The notes under the pieces are model-generated. The model was not told the DNA's origin. It saw nothing but the letters and a program-made list of their open reading frames with translations, and did not search any database. A program made the translations under genes and the position numbers. This document shows, in pieces, positions 28,719-38,102 of a stretch of 64,000 bases of DNA (its first letter is position 1; each line of letters opens with the position of its first letter). The stretch covers positions 9,514 through 73,513 of the forward strand of contig JBAZZA010000006.1 of assembly GCA_041659025.1 (NCBI GenBank), given 5' to 3'. This DNA is from Bacteroidales bacterium. Its GTDB lineage: Bacteria; Bacteroidota; Bacteroidia; Bacteroidales; UBA932.

Positions 28719-28965
28719 ATTGTGTGTTACATAATTCTGGAAGAGGGGAAGAGAGTTTGAGAAGCTTTCAAGAAAGATTTGGGTACCCACTTAGCAAATG
28801 GAGCGTTATAAAAATTGGAAGCGGAAACCTGAGCCTATTTGCATTAGCATACTCTTGGTTTCCGCCTCAATTTTTTAGCGTAGTGAGCGCAAAGTGGGTA
28901 AATCTGGTGAACGCTTCAAAAACTCCCTTCCCCTTTTCAGGGAAAGTTACACAATGCACGTCGCC
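28719..28965. repeat. long imperfect palindrome B4, same family as 3236-3427 (inner arms 28794-28829 and 28857-28890)
   Basis: The inner arms TACCCACTTAGCAAATGGAGCGTTATAAAAATTGGAAGCGGAAACC and GGTTTCCGCCTCAATTTTTTAGCGTAGTGAGCGCAAAGTGGGTA pair. The outer arms run from ATTGTGTGTTAC... to ...GTTACACAATGCACGTCGCC, a degenerate inverted copy of the 21-nt motif that ends 6 nt from the tlpA-like stop. Confidence 0.6.
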
Positions 28966-28971
28966 ATATAT

Positions 28972-30087
28972 CTATTTAACGCCTAAGTACTCCTTCAGGA
29001 AAGGAACCATCTCATCTTCAGATACTTTACGTTTGACGATTTTTCCGTTTTGGTCAATAAAGATATTCTGAGGGATGTATCTTACGTGATATAGTTTTGC
29101 AGGTGCGCAATCCCAGTATTGTAAATCAGAAACCTGTGTCCAGGTAAGCTTGTCCTCTTTAATTGCTTTGTTCCAAAGCTCTGCGTCTTTATCAAGAGAA
29201 ACTCCTATTATACCAAAACCGGCCTTGTTGAATTGTTTGTAGATGCCTGTAAGAGTAGGATTGAAATTACGGCAAGGGCCACACCAGCCTGCCCAGAAAT
29301 CAATCATTGTAATCTTGTTTTGTGAATATACGCTTGATAGTGAAACAGGGTTTCCGCTTGGATCGTTAAGTGTGAATTCTGGTGCTTGCATTCCAGGCTC
29401 CAGACCCTTTAGTGTTACTATAGCTGCTTCAAGTTCTGTAAGGTAACGATTGCCTGTAAATTCAGGAAGAGCTTTGAAACCAGCTATTTTAGCTTCCATA
29501 TCAGGAATAGGATAATCTTCTACATTTTGTGTGAATTGTGTCAAAGAGTAGAACGAGTTTGGATTAGTTGCCAAGAAAGTTGAATCAAGTACCTTTACCT
29601 CTTTCATGTAATTGTCGTAGATTGCAGAAATTTCTTTTTTCCTCTCTACTGTAGTCTCTTTTTTATAGTATTCCTTCATCAGAGAATCTAGACCGAACTT
29701 GGCAACAACCTCATCTTTCTGTTTTTTTAGAGCAACTACAAGGTCATTTGTAACGCCACCAGTAACAACAGCTTTTCCCAGCTCAGTTACGGAAGCTTCA
29801 ATTTTAATCTGTGAATTGTCGAGGAACAAAGTAATCCTGCCCTTCTTGCCATCAATTGATATTGCATAAGTCTCAGGGGTTACAACCTTTCCCTCAAAAA
29901 CGAATTTGCCGTCAACAAGATCGGCAGTGTCTTTAATAGCTTCTGTTCGTGAAAAGTTGGTCAGATATACTTTACCGGTTGTCAGACTGTCTCCGGTAAC
30001 GGTTCCTTCGATGGTATAGCCATCGTTTTTTGGAGCTGTACAGGCAACAACGCCAAATACAGCAGCAAGAATAAGTAATTTTTTCAT
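28972..30087 (-). CDS. TlpA/AhpC-family thiol-disulfide oxidoreductase lipoprotein
   Basis: A lipobox (VVACT), an N-terminal beta-rich domain and a C-terminal thioredoxin fold with FWAGWCGPCR. Confidence 0.85.
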   Translation of the reverse strand: MKKLLILAAVFGVVACTAPKNDGYTIEGTVTGDSLTTGKVYLTNFSRTEAIKDTADLVDGKFVFEGKVVTPETYAISIDGKKGRITLFLDNSQIKIEASVTELGKAVVTGGVTNDLVVALKKQKDEVVAKFGLDSLMKEYYKKETTVERKKEISAIYDNYMKEVKVLDSTFLATNPNSFYSLTQFTQNVEDYPIPDMEAKIAGFKALPEFTGNRYLTELEAAIVTLKGLEPGMQAPEFTLNDPSGNPVSLSSVYSQNKITMIDFWAGWCGPCRNFNPTLTGIYKQFNKAGFGIIGVSLDKDAELWNKAIKEDKLTWTQVSDLQYWDCAPAKLYHVRYIPQNIFIDQNGKIVKRKVSEDEMVPFLKEYLGVK

Positions 30088-30129
30088 TTAATTTTTGTTT
30101 TAAGAAGTTGGTTATATTCTGGATGGAAA

Positions 30130-30660
30130 TTATTTTTCGTTTTGTGGTTCATCATTAAGGTACCAGCTCTTGTACATTAGATAACCCTGCGCATTTTTAT
30201 GTGCAGATTCTCCAATCCCGGGAGATGCCTCTTTTACCTTTTTTGCAGGTATGCCTGCGTAGACACCGGGTTCAAGTACAACATTGCTAAGAACAACTGC
30301 TCCTGCTGCTATTATTGTATTATCGGGAATTACTGCATTATCCATTAAAATTGCACCCATTCCCACAAGTACATTGTTTCCTACTTTTGCTCCGTGAATT
30401 ATTGCATTATGACCTACCGATACATCATTCCCAATCTCAACTACCGATCTCTTGTGGAGGGTGTGTAATACCGCACCATCCTGGATATTGACACGATCAC
30501 CTATTATAATCGGGTTAACATCACCTCTTAAAACTGAACTGTACCATATGCTGCAGTCATCTCCTATAACGACATCTCCTATTATTGCTGCAGTCTCTGC
30601 AATAAAACAATTCTTCCCTATTACAGGTGTTATTCCGTTTAATTCTCTAATTACCGACAT
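30130..30660 (-). CDS. gamma-carbonic-anhydrase-like / hexapeptide-repeat (LbH) protein
   Basis: Hexapeptide repeats (IGDDCSIWYSSVLRGD, IGDRVNIQDGAVLH and others) and a size of 176 aa. Confidence 0.8.
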   Translation of the reverse strand: MSVIRELNGITPVIGKNCFIAETAAIIGDVVIGDDCSIWYSSVLRGDVNPIIIGDRVNIQDGAVLHTLHKRSVVEIGNDVSVGHNAIIHGAKVGNNVLVGMGAILMDNAVIPDNTIIAAGAVVLSNVVLEPGVYAGIPAKKVKEASPGIGESAHKNAQGYLMYKSWYLNDEPQNEK

Positions 30661-30835
30661 TGATTTTGATTATTTAACAAATATACAAATTTATGATAAC
30701 GAATTATAATTGGCAAATTAGTTAAATTCGCTTAATTCTTGTAAATCTATTAGTATTAGAGAGTAATTTGCTTATGATATCTTATGATATAGTAAATATT
30801 TAATATTAATTTAACATTTGAGAAGAAAAAGGTTT

Positions 30836-30862
30836 TTTGAACAAGAATAATATCTACATTTG
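30836..30862 (+). promoter_or_regulatory. candidate Bacteroidota sigma-A promoter for korAB
   Basis: TACATTTG (30855-30862) fits the TAnnTTTG -7 consensus and TTTG lies at 30836-30839. The spacing is shorter than ideal. The -7 box overlaps the GTG used by the ORF track. Confidence 0.3.
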
Positions 30863-30888
30863 TGGATAAATTTGATAAAACATTTCAT

Positions 30889-32724
30889 ATGCAACACAAA
30901 GTTATTGATACTAAAGAAGTTGTAGTAAGATTTACTGGAGACTCAGGAGACGGAATGCAGCTTACAGGAACTCTGTTTGCCGATGCGTCTGCACTGTTCG
31001 GAAATGATATCTCCACATTTCCAGATTTCCCGGCCGAAATTCGTGCACCTCAAGGTACTGTTTCAGGAGTTTCAGGTTTTCAGGTTAATATTGGAAGTGG
31101 CGAAATATTCACACCGGGTGATTTTTGTGATGTTCTGGTTGCGATGAACCCTGCTGCATTAAGAGCAAATGCCCAATGGACAAAACCTACTGCCACCATA
31201 ATTCTTGACTCAGACACCTTCGACGAAAAAGGAATTCTAAAGGCAGGATTCAAGACAATGGACCCTGTTACAGAATTGAATATTCAGGACAGAAACATAA
31301 TATTTGCAGCAATCTCATCATTGACCAAAGAGAGTCTTAAAGATAGCGGACTTGATGCAAAAACAATCCTTCGTTCAAAGAATATGTTCACATTGGGTAT
31401 GTGTTACTATATGTTTAACCGTCCGATGGAATTTACATTCAAGTATCTTGAGACAAAATTCAGAAAGAAACCTGAACTGATTGAACCCAATAAAAAGGTT
31501 CTGAAAGATGGTTATAATTATGCGTCTAATATTCAGGCAATTCCTAATACTTATACAATTCAGCCGGCAAAACTGGAAAAAGGCACTTACAGAAATATTA
31601 ACGGAAATCAGGCGACAGCCTGGGGACTTCTGGCAGCATCAGAAAAATCGGGAAGGCCGCTTTTCTGTGGCTCGTACCCTATAACACCGGCAACAAGTAT
31701 CCTTGAAGAACTTGCCCTCCGTAAGGACCTTAATGCAAAGACACTTCAGTGCGAAGATGAAATAGCAGGTATCTGTACATCAATCGGAGCTGCTTATGTC
31801 GGAAACTTTGCTGTTACCACAACATCGGGCCCCGGACTCTCTCTTAAATGCGAAGCTCTCGGCTTGGCGATGATTACCGAACTTCCTCTGGTTATTGTAG
31901 ATGTTCAAAGAGGTGGCCCTTCGACAGGTATACCAACTAAAACCGAACAGACGGACCTTAACCAGGCTCTTTACGGTAGAAACGGGGAGTGTCCCATAGC
32001 TGTAATTGCATCTCATTCTCCTTCTCACTGTTTTGATGCAGCATTTTATGCAGGAAAGTTTGCAATGGAACACATGATGCCTGTAATACTTCTTACCGAA
32101 GGTTTCCTTGGAAATGGATCTGAACCATGGAAAATTCCAAGTATGAAGGACTATCCTGAAATAAACCCTCCTATTATAACAGAACCACAGGAGACTCCAT
32201 TCTGGCCTTACAAGAGAGATGAACTGAGAATGGCCAGAAGATGGGCATTCCCGGGAACATTGGGTCTTGAGCACAGAATAGGTGGTCTTGAAAAGAATAA
32301 CAACGGAAGTGTATCTTCCGACCCTTTAGTTCATGAAAGGATGTGTGCCGAGAGAGCAGAGAAGGTGGCAAGAATGGCAAATTTCATTCCTGACCAGAAA
32401 GTGATTGGTGAAGAGAAAGGCGATGTACTTATTGTTGGATGGGGTGGAACATTCGGACATCTGTATACTGCAGTAAAAGAGTTTCATGCAGAGGGTAAAA
32501 AGGTAAGTTTGGCGCACTTCGACTATATTTTTCCTCTGCCAAAAAATACAGCAGACATATTTACAAACTTTAAGAAGATTATTGTTTGTGAACTGAATAG
32601 TGGACAGTTCGCTGATTATCTCAGGACCAGACATCAGCAATTTACTTATCATCAGTGCAACAAAGTACAGGGTCAGCCTTTTATCGTAAAAGAGATTGTT
32701 GACGCAGTAAATGCAATTCTCTAA
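30889..32724 (+). CDS. korA: 2-oxoglutarate:ferredoxin oxidoreductase, alpha (fused alpha/gamma) subunit
   Basis: Pyruvate/2-oxoacid:ferredoxin oxidoreductase domains (FTGDSGDGMQLTG, YPITPAT) paired with a TPP-binding beta subunit. The start is set at the ATG at 30889. Confidence 0.85.
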   Translation: MQHKVIDTKEVVVRFTGDSGDGMQLTGTLFADASALFGNDISTFPDFPAEIRAPQGTVSGVSGFQVNIGSGEIFTPGDFCDVLVAMNPAALRANAQWTKPTATIILDSDTFDEKGILKAGFKTMDPVTELNIQDRNIIFAAISSLTKESLKDSGLDAKTILRSKNMFTLGMCYYMFNRPMEFTFKYLETKFRKKPELIEPNKKVLKDGYNYASNIQAIPNTYTIQPAKLEKGTYRNINGNQATAWGLLAASEKSGRPLFCGSYPITPATSILEELALRKDLNAKTLQCEDEIAGICTSIGAAYVGNFAVTTTSGPGLSLKCEALGLAMITELPLVIVDVQRGGPSTGIPTKTEQTDLNQALYGRNGECPIAVIASHSPSHCFDAAFYAGKFAMEHMMPVILLTEGFLGNGSEPWKIPSMKDYPEINPPIITEPQETPFWPYKRDELRMARRWAFPGTLGLEHRIGGLEKNNNGSVSSDPLVHERMCAERAEKVARMANFIPDQKVIGEEKGDVLIVGWGGTFGHLYTAVKEFHAEGKKVSLAHFDYIFPLPKNTADIFTNFKKIIVCELNSGQFADYLRTRHQQFTYHQCNKVQGQPFIVKEIVDAVNAIL

Positions 32725-32751
32725 TTGGTTTAACAAGAAATATTTAAAGAG

Positions 32752-33768
32752 ATGAAATATACACCGCAAGATTTTAAAAGCAGTCAAGAGGTTAAATGGT
32801 GTCCCGGTTGTGGAGACTATGCAATACTTGCTTCGGTTCAGAGAGCTATGCCGGATATTTGCGAAGCTTTGAACTACACAAGAGAGAGATTTGTCTTTGT
32901 TTCCGGAATCGGTTGCTCTTCGCGTTTTCCTTATTATATGAACACTTACGGCTTCCATGGAATTCATGGACGTGCATCTGCAATTGCAACAGGCGTTAAA
33001 GTTGCAAATCCTACTCTTACAGTATGGCAGATAACAGGCGATGGAGATGCTCTGGCAATTGGAGGAAATCACTTTATTCACGCAATACGCAGGAATATCG
33101 ACATCAATATTATCCTGTTCAATAATCAGATATACGGACTTACAAAGGGTCAGTATTCTCCCACTTCAAGACTGGGAATTGTTACTAAAACCTCTCCATA
33201 CGGTACAGTTGAGCACCCTTTTAATCCCGGAGCATTGATCCTGGGGGCAAGAGGAACTTTCTTTGCCAGGAGCATCGATGTGGAGATAAAGCTGACACAA
33301 GATATTATGGTTGCCTGTGCAAAACATGATGGAACTGCTGTAACAGAAGTACTTGTTAACTGCGTTATCTTCAACGATAAGACTCATGCAGAAATAACTG
33401 ATAAAGATTATCGTGCAGACAGAACAATTGTGCTTAAGCATGGTGAACCTATGATTTTCGGCAAGGAGAGAGACAAAGGTCTTATGCTGGATGGCATAAA
33501 ACTCAAGGTTGTCAAATTAGGCGAGAACGGAATTACAGAGAAAGATCTTATGGTGCACGATGCCGAAGAGGAGAATCCCGGTATGCATTCTATGCTGATA
33601 GATATGAAATATCCTGAATTTCCGGTGGCACTTGGAGTAATACGTGCAGTAAAAGACAAGACCTACGACGACAATGTCCGCGATCAGGTTATAGATGTAA
33701 GGGAGCATGCTCAGATTCACAATATGGACGAGCTTCTTCGCAGCGGAGCAACTTGGGAAGTAAAATAG
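32752..33768 (+). CDS. korB: 2-oxoglutarate:ferredoxin oxidoreductase, beta (TPP-binding) subunit
   Basis: WCPGCGDY and GDGDALAIGGNH TPP motifs. Confidence 0.88.
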   Translation: MKYTPQDFKSSQEVKWCPGCGDYAILASVQRAMPDICEALNYTRERFVFVSGIGCSSRFPYYMNTYGFHGIHGRASAIATGVKVANPTLTVWQITGDGDALAIGGNHFIHAIRRNIDINIILFNNQIYGLTKGQYSPTSRLGIVTKTSPYGTVEHPFNPGALILGARGTFFARSIDVEIKLTQDIMVACAKHDGTAVTEVLVNCVIFNDKTHAEITDKDYRADRTIVLKHGEPMIFGKERDKGLMLDGIKLKVVKLGENGITEKDLMVHDAEEENPGMHSMLIDMKYPEFPVALGVIRAVKDKTYDDNVRDQVIDVREHAQIHNMDELLRSGATWEVK

Positions 33769-33821
33769 AGATTCCACAAATAATATTACAAATAACTTAA
33801 TAAATTAAAATTAAATCTATT

Positions 33822-35159
33822 ATGAAGGTAGCAGAGATTATGGCCTCGCTGGAGAAAAAGTATGGTCATGAAAAAGAGTATTTACAAGCAGTTCACGAGG
33901 TTTTAGAATCAATCGAAACAATTTACAATCAGCATCCAGAATTTGAGAAAGCTAAAATTGTAGAGAGACTGGTTGAACCGGACCGTATTTTCACATTCCG
34001 TGTAACATGGCAAGATGACAAAGGTGAAGTTCTGACTAACCTTGGTTACCGTGTTCAGTTCAGCAATGCAATCGGCCCATACAAGGGTGGTTTCCGTTTT
34101 CACCCATCAGTAACTCCTTCAATTCTTAAATTTCTGGGTTTTGAGCAGACATTCAAAAATGCATTGACTACTCTTCCAATGGGTGGTGCAAAAGGTGGCT
34201 CTGATTTCAACCCTAAGGGCAAATCTGACGCAGAGATCATGCGTTTCTGCCAGGCTTTTATTACTGAATTGTGGCGTAATATTGGCCCTGACACAGATGT
34301 TCCTGCAGGTGACATAGGAGTTGGTGGAAAAGAGATTGGTTTCATGTACGGTTGGTACAAGAAACTAGCCCGTGAGAACACAGGCGTTTTGACAGGTAAA
34401 GGTTCTACCTGGGGTGGATCGCTTATCCGTCCTGAAGCTACTGGTTTTGGTGGTGTTTACTTTGTAAATCATATGCTTAAAACAAGAGGAATAGATATCA
34501 AAGGCAAAACTATATCAGTATCTGGTTTTGGTAACGTTGCTTGGGGTGCTGCCCTTAAAGCAACTGAGCTGGGTGCCAAGGTAATTGCACTTTCCGGTCC
34601 AGATGGCGTTATCATTGACGAAGCTGGTATGACTGAAGAGAAAATTGCATATATGCTTGACCTTCGTGCAACTAACAACGACGTTGTTGCTCCTTATGCA
34701 ACAAAGTTCCCTGGATCAAAATTCATCGCAGGCAAAAAATCATGGATCGTTAAGGTTGACATAGCTCTTCCTTGCGCTTTCCAGAACGAACTTAACGGTG
34801 ACGATGCAAAACAACTTATTGCAAACGGAGTTACATGTGTTGGTGAAATTTCTAACATGGGTTGCACACCAGAAGCTATTGCAGAATTTGTAAATGCTAA
34901 GGTTCTTTATGCTCCTGGTAAGGCAGTAAATGCAGGTGGTGTTGCTGTTTCCGGTCTTGAAATGACTCAGAATGCAATGCATATCAGCTGGACAGCAGAA
35001 GAAGTAGATGCAAAACTTAAACAAATCATGTTAAGCATACATGACGCTTGTGTTAAATACGGAACACAGAAAGATGGTTACATCAACTATGTAAACGGAG
35101 CTAACATTGCAGGTTTCATGAAGGTTGCCCAGGCTACTTTGGAACAAGGTCTTTGCTAA
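33822..35159 (+). CDS. gdhA: NAD(P)-specific glutamate dehydrogenase
   Basis: GPYKGGFRFHPSV, LPMGGAKGG and GFGNVAWG motifs. 445 aa. Confidence 0.95.
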   Translation: MKVAEIMASLEKKYGHEKEYLQAVHEVLESIETIYNQHPEFEKAKIVERLVEPDRIFTFRVTWQDDKGEVLTNLGYRVQFSNAIGPYKGGFRFHPSVTPSILKFLGFEQTFKNALTTLPMGGAKGGSDFNPKGKSDAEIMRFCQAFITELWRNIGPDTDVPAGDIGVGGKEIGFMYGWYKKLARENTGVLTGKGSTWGGSLIRPEATGFGGVYFVNHMLKTRGIDIKGKTISVSGFGNVAWGAALKATELGAKVIALSGPDGVIIDEAGMTEEKIAYMLDLRATNNDVVAPYATKFPGSKFIAGKKSWIVKVDIALPCAFQNELNGDDAKQLIANGVTCVGEISNMGCTPEAIAEFVNAKVLYAPGKAVNAGGVAVSGLEMTQNAMHISWTAEEVDAKLKQIMLSIHDACVKYGTQKDGYINYVNGANIAGFMKVAQATLEQGLC

Positions 35160-35167
35160 GGGAACAT

Positions 35168-35274
35168 GGGGACGCATATTGTGTACCCAATTGACAAATA
35201 AGTACAAAAAAGAAAACCGCCTGAACTGGCGGTTTTTTTGTTATAGGGAAAAAGGGTACACAATATGCGTCCCC
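35168..35274. repeat. 107-bp element with perfect 21-bp terminal inverted repeats enclosing a bidirectional terminator (MITE-like or 3'-end structure)
   Basis: GGGGACGCATATTGTGTACCC at 35168-35188 is the exact reverse complement of 35254-35274. The internal hairpin AAAACCGCC-TGAACT-GGCGGTTTT (35213-35236) has A and T tracts on either side. The element fills the gdhA/serpin convergent gap. Confidence 0.7.
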
Positions 35275-35280
35275 TGGTAG

Positions 35281-36537
35281 CTAGCTTGGATTTCCCACCT
35301 TTCCCATGAACAGGATACATCCGGTAGAGTTTTCTACTATAGCGAAAACAAATGGATGATCTGCTATGAAACTGACATGTTCAGCAGGACCGGCAGAGGT
35401 TACACCCATTATTACAGTTACTGCTGCAGCTTCTGTCCCTTTTTCATTTACGTCTATATAAGTAAACTGTTTTACCAGAGAGATAAAAAAGTTGTTGTCG
35501 GTAAAAGCCTTTGAGAAATTTGCACTTAAAGGATCAAATGCGACTGCCATTCCCATCGCTTTTAAGATACTGTTGAGGTCAATTTCATATTTGAACTTAA
35601 ATTTGGGAACCTGCATGCTTACCTCTTTTGTTGTCCATTTAGTGAGTATATTTCCCCAGTATTGTTCATTTTTGAGAGCGTCAATCATTTTGCCGGTTGA
35701 AATATTTGTTTTTGGTAACAATATTACCATATTAAAAGCTCCATTCCCATAAGGTAATGTAACAGCAGACAGTGTCTGGTCTTCGAAATAGCTAATTTTC
35801 CTTACATTATTCATCATTTGTACTGACACTGTTTTACCGTCATCACATTTGAATGTCCCGTTTCTTGTATTTTTTTCGTCAAATCCATACCCGCTTTTCC
35901 ATTCTCCTTTAAAATATAAGGCATTTAAAAGATATATCAGAGCGTCAGGAGGAGTCTCCTTAACTACATCCTTAATAAGACCATTGGTATTATCTGAACA
36001 CCAGTTGTTTATTGTGTTCTTTGCAGATGGCAATGAAAAATCAAGAGCCTGTACCTGAGCATTATAAAACATCTTATTCGACTTAACAAAGACGTCATTG
36101 ATTTTTGCGCCTGTCCTGTACCAGATAGAGTTGGCAATAGCCAGTTTTACAGAAGGATCGGTAGATATAAGTGATTCCCTCATTTTTTTAAAATAGTCGT
36201 TCACCTCTTTCTCCTGGTATCCCTCAAAGCCAATTGTGTTTTGAATGGCACTTTTAGTTTGACCGTCAGCTCCATTCCAAACCATTGCGAGAGCAGAACT
36301 GAGACTGAAAGGAGAAATCATGATATTTTCCTTGCCTGCATCATTCTTACAAACAGATTCAAAAATATTAAGAGCAAAAGACTTGTCTGAGACTGCCATT
36401 TTATTCTCCGAAGCAGACAATACAATTTCGATTGGGTCTCTCTTCTCATCCTCGGTTTTTGTGTTTTTTTCGCAAGAAGAAGATGAAAAGATAATATTCA
36501 TGCAAATAATAGCGAAAATTAATTTTGGAGTTTTCAT
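35281..36537 (-). CDS. serpin-family protease inhibitor (lipoprotein)
   Basis: A signal with SSSSC lipobox, a serpin hinge/reactive-centre region EKGTEAAAVTVIMGVTSAG and a C-terminal FIADHPFVFAIVE...ILFMGKV. Confidence 0.88.
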   Translation of the reverse strand: MKTPKLIFAIICMNIIFSSSSCEKNTKTEDEKRDPIEIVLSASENKMAVSDKSFALNIFESVCKNDAGKENIMISPFSLSSALAMVWNGADGQTKSAIQNTIGFEGYQEKEVNDYFKKMRESLISTDPSVKLAIANSIWYRTGAKINDVFVKSNKMFYNAQVQALDFSLPSAKNTINNWCSDNTNGLIKDVVKETPPDALIYLLNALYFKGEWKSGYGFDEKNTRNGTFKCDDGKTVSVQMMNNVRKISYFEDQTLSAVTLPYGNGAFNMVILLPKTNISTGKMIDALKNEQYWGNILTKWTTKEVSMQVPKFKFKYEIDLNSILKAMGMAVAFDPLSANFSKAFTDNNFFISLVKQFTYIDVNEKGTEAAAVTVIMGVTSAGPAEHVSFIADHPFVFAIVENSTGCILFMGKVGNPS

Positions 36538-36598
36538 ATTAGTAAGATGCGATTAGATTGGAATATGTTGCATAGTCACCGACTAATATTCAAGCAAT

Positions 36599-36636
36599 AT
36601 AAAAATAAAAGCTGTCCGAATTTATCCGGACAGCTT
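36599..36636 (-). terminator. rho-independent terminator after the susD-like gene
   Basis: AAGCTGTCCG (36609-36618) pairs with CGGACAGCTT (36627-36636), followed by a T tract on the minus strand (A-run 36601-36610 on plus). Confidence 0.75.
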
Positions 36637-36657
36637 AGATTCATGCAGTAAAATACT

Positions 36658-38091
36658 TTATAAAGGATTCTGAACCATGTTAGGGTTAGCGTCAATCTCC
36701 TGTTTAGGTATTAAGAACACAAGGTTCTTGTCACCAGCCGGGAAGTTTGATGCGGCGTTCCACAATGATTCTGTATGACCAAGGCCTCTGCGGTCCAGAC
36801 CATTGTTAAGACGTTTGATATCGAAGAATCTTTGTCCTTCTCCCCAAAGGTCAGCTCTGCGGTGCATCACGATATGATCTATAAGAGCCTGTCCTGTAAG
36901 TGTAGATTTAACATAAGATGGATCTCTCTTTGAAATCAGACTGAACAATACTGTCTGAGCAGCAGCATCGCCACTACGACGTGCTTCAGCTTCTGCCTCG
37001 ATAAGGTACATTTCACCAGCTTTGATATACAGGTAGTCGTTAGTCCACTCTCCCCAACCAGAGAATTTGTCACCAACTCTAGGTTTTCCGGAAATTGTAT
37101 AGTGACATGCCTTTCTTGCATCAGAGCTACTCATGAAGTTGTAAACAGCAGTACTCATAAGTTTATGGTTTCCTAATGATGCATATCCACCAAAGTAAGG
37201 GTCGATATGCGAGAAGAAAGATGCATAACTGGTTTGTTGTTCATCTATAAGAACAGCACCCCATATCCACTCAGTAGAGGCTTTGTTGAAACCATAGTTG
37301 TAATCAGCCTCAAGTGAAGTGCCGGTTCTTGCTGCTTTTGCGTAAGTTACAGCCCCTGCATAATCACCAGTTGTCAAAGCTACTCTTGCAGCAATAGCAT
37401 TTGCTACGTTCAGATTGATGTGAGATACATTAGGTCTTGATGTAGTATTACCTGTAAGAAGAGTGATAGCATCAGTCAAGTCCTTTTTAATCTGAGTATA
37501 GACAGCAGCTACAGTACTTCTTGGCAGTGCTTCAGAATTTGAAACCAATACAAGAGGAACACCAAGGTGAGAGTTTGCTCCGCCCGGTACATATCTGTCT
37601 GCATAATACTGAACCAGATTGTAATGAGAAAAAGCTCTGTAAACTAAAGCCTGAGCCTTTATATTGTCTCTTTTTGGTTTTTGTGCATCAAAAACAGATA
37701 TTTTATCAATATTTGCCAGAAGCAGATTTGAGTTGTTGATAAGATCGTAGTAGTATGACCATACATACTCAACGTTAGCTGAGTTGATATTACGGTGTTC
37801 AATATATTGGTACCAGCTAACAAACCAACCGTAACCTCTTTCTGTTGAATAAAAGTCTTCTCCAAGAACTTCGTTGATATAGTCACATGCCTTTTGGCCA
37901 AACTTGTCATGAGCGCCATAATAGTAATAAGTTGCCCTGTGTATACCTTCGAGCAGTGTCTGGGCTCCGGTAAGTGTGCTGAAAAGGTCTTTTTCTGCTA
38001 TACTTGCAGATGGAGCTGTCTCTAAGTACTCTTTGTTACAAGAGACAAGGCTTAGAGTAGCGAGTAATAATACTAGTATATATTTTTTCAT
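36658..38091 (-). CDS. SusD/RagB-family nutrient-binding outer membrane lipoprotein
   Basis: A lipobox (LVSCN), TPR-like SusD architecture and a position immediately downstream of the SusC-like gene. Confidence 0.9.
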   Translation of the reverse strand: MKKYILVLLLATLSLVSCNKEYLETAPSASIAEKDLFSTLTGAQTLLEGIHRATYYYYGAHDKFGQKACDYINEVLGEDFYSTERGYGWFVSWYQYIEHRNINSANVEYVWSYYYDLINNSNLLLANIDKISVFDAQKPKRDNIKAQALVYRAFSHYNLVQYYADRYVPGGANSHLGVPLVLVSNSEALPRSTVAAVYTQIKKDLTDAITLLTGNTTSRPNVSHINLNVANAIAARVALTTGDYAGAVTYAKAARTGTSLEADYNYGFNKASTEWIWGAVLIDEQQTSYASFFSHIDPYFGGYASLGNHKLMSTAVYNFMSSSDARKACHYTISGKPRVGDKFSGWGEWTNDYLYIKAGEMYLIEAEAEARRSGDAAAQTVLFSLISKRDPSYVKSTLTGQALIDHIVMHRRADLWGEGQRFFDIKRLNNGLDRRGLGHTESLWNAASNFPAGDKNLVFLIPKQEIDANPNMVQNPL

Positions 38092-38102
38092 ATTTATGTC
38101 AG

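Noticed and set aside
28685-29071. A 128-aa plus-strand ORF in the hppA/tlpA-like gap
   Set aside because: It spans the long palindrome B4 and runs 100 nt into the antisense of the tlpA-like gene. It is a repeat-derived artefact.
30862-30888. A GTG start for korA as given in the ORF track
   Set aside because: The GTG overlaps the TACATTTG -7-like box, so it would lie upstream of the likely transcription start. The ATG at 30889 is preferred.
32326-33081. A 251-aa minus-strand ORF
   Set aside because: It is antisense across the korA/korB junction. It is Cys/Asn/Ile-rich with no motifs, while both sense genes have strong family signatures.
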